DNA of 64,000 nucleotides from Octopus sinensis (taxonomy: Eukaryota), in contig NW_021835989.1 of NCBI RefSeq assembly GCF_006345805.1, forward strand, positions 154,488 to 218,487. Reading direction: 5' to 3'. Position numbers and translations under genes: made by a program. Shown one piece after another: positions 62,332 to 64,000 of the stretch. The notes beneath the pieces were generated by a model, which was given only the letters and a program-made list of their open reading frames with translations, was not told the origin of the DNA and searched no databases. The first letter of the stretch is position 1. The number at the start of each line of letters is the position of its first letter.

Positions 62332-64000
62332 ATGAGCAGTGAGGAGTCGTCCTATGCAAGTCATTCCTCAGAAAGCAATAGTCCTGCTGTAGTGCCAGTG
62401 TCCTGTAGTCGCCCTACCTCCAAAGACGACGTGGACAAGACAAGAATGATGAACCTGGCTTACTACTACCCTAACTGTAACATTGACGGTTTCCCACATG
62501 TCTCAACTCCAACGAGTGTAGTCAGTCCATAGTACTCACTCAAATGAACATGGTGGCTACTGTAAATATTTCTCTCACAATCAGCCCTAGGCAAGGCATC
62601 TGGGAAGGGGGATGCCTTTTCAGTCTCCTCAAACAAGCCAGTGCCTTTGTCCTGTGCCATCTACTACTACGAAGTGACAGTCCTCAGTGATGGAGTGGAC
62701 GGTCATATTGGAGTAGGCTTTGGCCCAGGGACTGTCACTCACTTCTCCCGGGTGACTACATCTCCTCTACTTAGGCTGGGCAGCTAAATCCGTAGGCTAC
62801 CATGCAGATGACGGATTTGTCTTCTCGTGTACTCAACCAGATATGGAAGTGGGTATAGGCAGGGGATGTTGTCGGCTGTGGAGTCAATTTGATGACTGGC
62901 CGTGTCTTCTTACTCAAAATGGATTCTTTCTTGGTATATTTGTTGTATTATGTGTAGGGTATTATCGGGTGCCATTCGTCGAGAAGGACATGGTCAGTCT
63001 TCTTTTTATACGTGCAGGACCAGTTTTTGTGTTGGTGGGAATGCAGTCGCTTGGGGAATCTTTATATGTCAATTTTGGACAGGAGAAATTCGTGTTTGAC
63101 CTCAAAGGCTTGATTAGGTGTTTGTTTGATTTATTTCTTCAGAAAGAGCGGACTTGTCTCTCCTCCAACCAATTGACGACAAGCCTGTTCACATCCTCCT
63201 ACTCTGCAAAATGTGGTGGAGTACTTGGTCTAACACGGGTACTACAAGACGGCTGTGGAGTTTGGAAGTATGTGTTCTCTCGACGTTGGACTTTGATGCC
63301 AGTCTTTTTATCTTTAGTCAAGGTTATGGTGGCTAGTATTCCCAGAACTCAAAGATTTGATCCTCAGTGGACAAATGATTCCCGCCATTGAAAAGTGTTC
63401 AGATAAGTCCTGCCATTTTTGATAAACATCCATCGGTCTATTCCGTATGAGGTCCGTCATTTTGTGGAGCTCGTAATGTTCCATCACAGAGAGACATGTC
63501 CATTCGAAGACATGTGCTTTATTTACACGAGTAGTCCATCCCCACTGTCCACGGATGATGCTGTCATGTTTGTTCTGTATGCCCGGGAACTGTACCAATT
63601 GTGTAAGAGTCTGTTTGCAAATAATTTGCCTGAGATGGAAAACTCAGGAAAACATTTGATGGTGATGAGTGGGCTTATTGTGACAGGAGGTTGTTACGCT
63701 CATTCAGTTTGACAATCCCTGGACATCCCCTTATGGACCGTCTTTATGAATGAGGCACAGAGACTGGAAATATTCTCTAAACTCAACTCTATTCTTCTGG
63801 GTAGACTTTTCTTTTTATTTTCAGTGGCATTTGGGTCACAGAAACTCCAGTCATCGAGATAGCTGGATGTCAGTTGAACAAATGCCTTGATCTTATGCGA
63901 AGGCTTAAAATCCCAGAATCATTTTTGATATCGTTATTCTAAATCATTATTCTTTCCTTCAATATTATTGTCTATTGAAACTTGTATTGGGTACATAGAT
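62332..64000 (+). CDS. RanBP9/RanBP10-like SPRY-domain protein (CTLH complex), apparently running off the window end
   Basis: SVSSNKPVPLSCAIYYYEVTV.SDGVDGHIGVG, GW..KSVGYHADDG, GCC...TQNG.FLG and VGMQSLGE...NFGQEKFVFDL. Confidence 0.85.

Noticed and set aside
1-64000. CRISPR arrays, rRNA, tRNA and prokaryotic operons
   Set aside because: None seen; content is eukaryotic, and the repeats are TE-derived or belong to the segmental duplication.

Overview
AT-rich eukaryotic genomic DNA. A nuclear receptor, an SFMBT-like gene and a PH-domain dynamin point to an animal. Its spliceosomal introns are extremely short (those I delimited are 22-32 nt), as in reduced parasitic metazoans such as dicyemids, orthonectids or myxozoans; the organism is my inference only. 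Host genes: TAF9, FNTA, a dynein light chain, SFMBT-like, PPIL3, dynamin, a divergent nuclear receptor, SEC23, UTP18, an orphan gene, ATP synthase subunit d and RanBP9/10. They sit among many transposons: Helitron, hAT, a Ginger-like integrase, a pogo-like MITE, and Jockey/I-like, RTE-like, R4-like and CRE-like non-LTR elements. About 19870-35986 is tandemly duplicated as about 35981-52211. Scattered 1-nt frameshifts, often at homopolymers and even in essential genes, suggest an imperfectly polished long-read consensus. The most striking element is a 1.85-kb hAT transposon. Its transposase becomes a complete 460-aa DDE protein once four 25-31-nt introns are spliced and one homopolymer base is taken from the second copy. 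Its 8-bp TSD is supported by an empty site in the same window.
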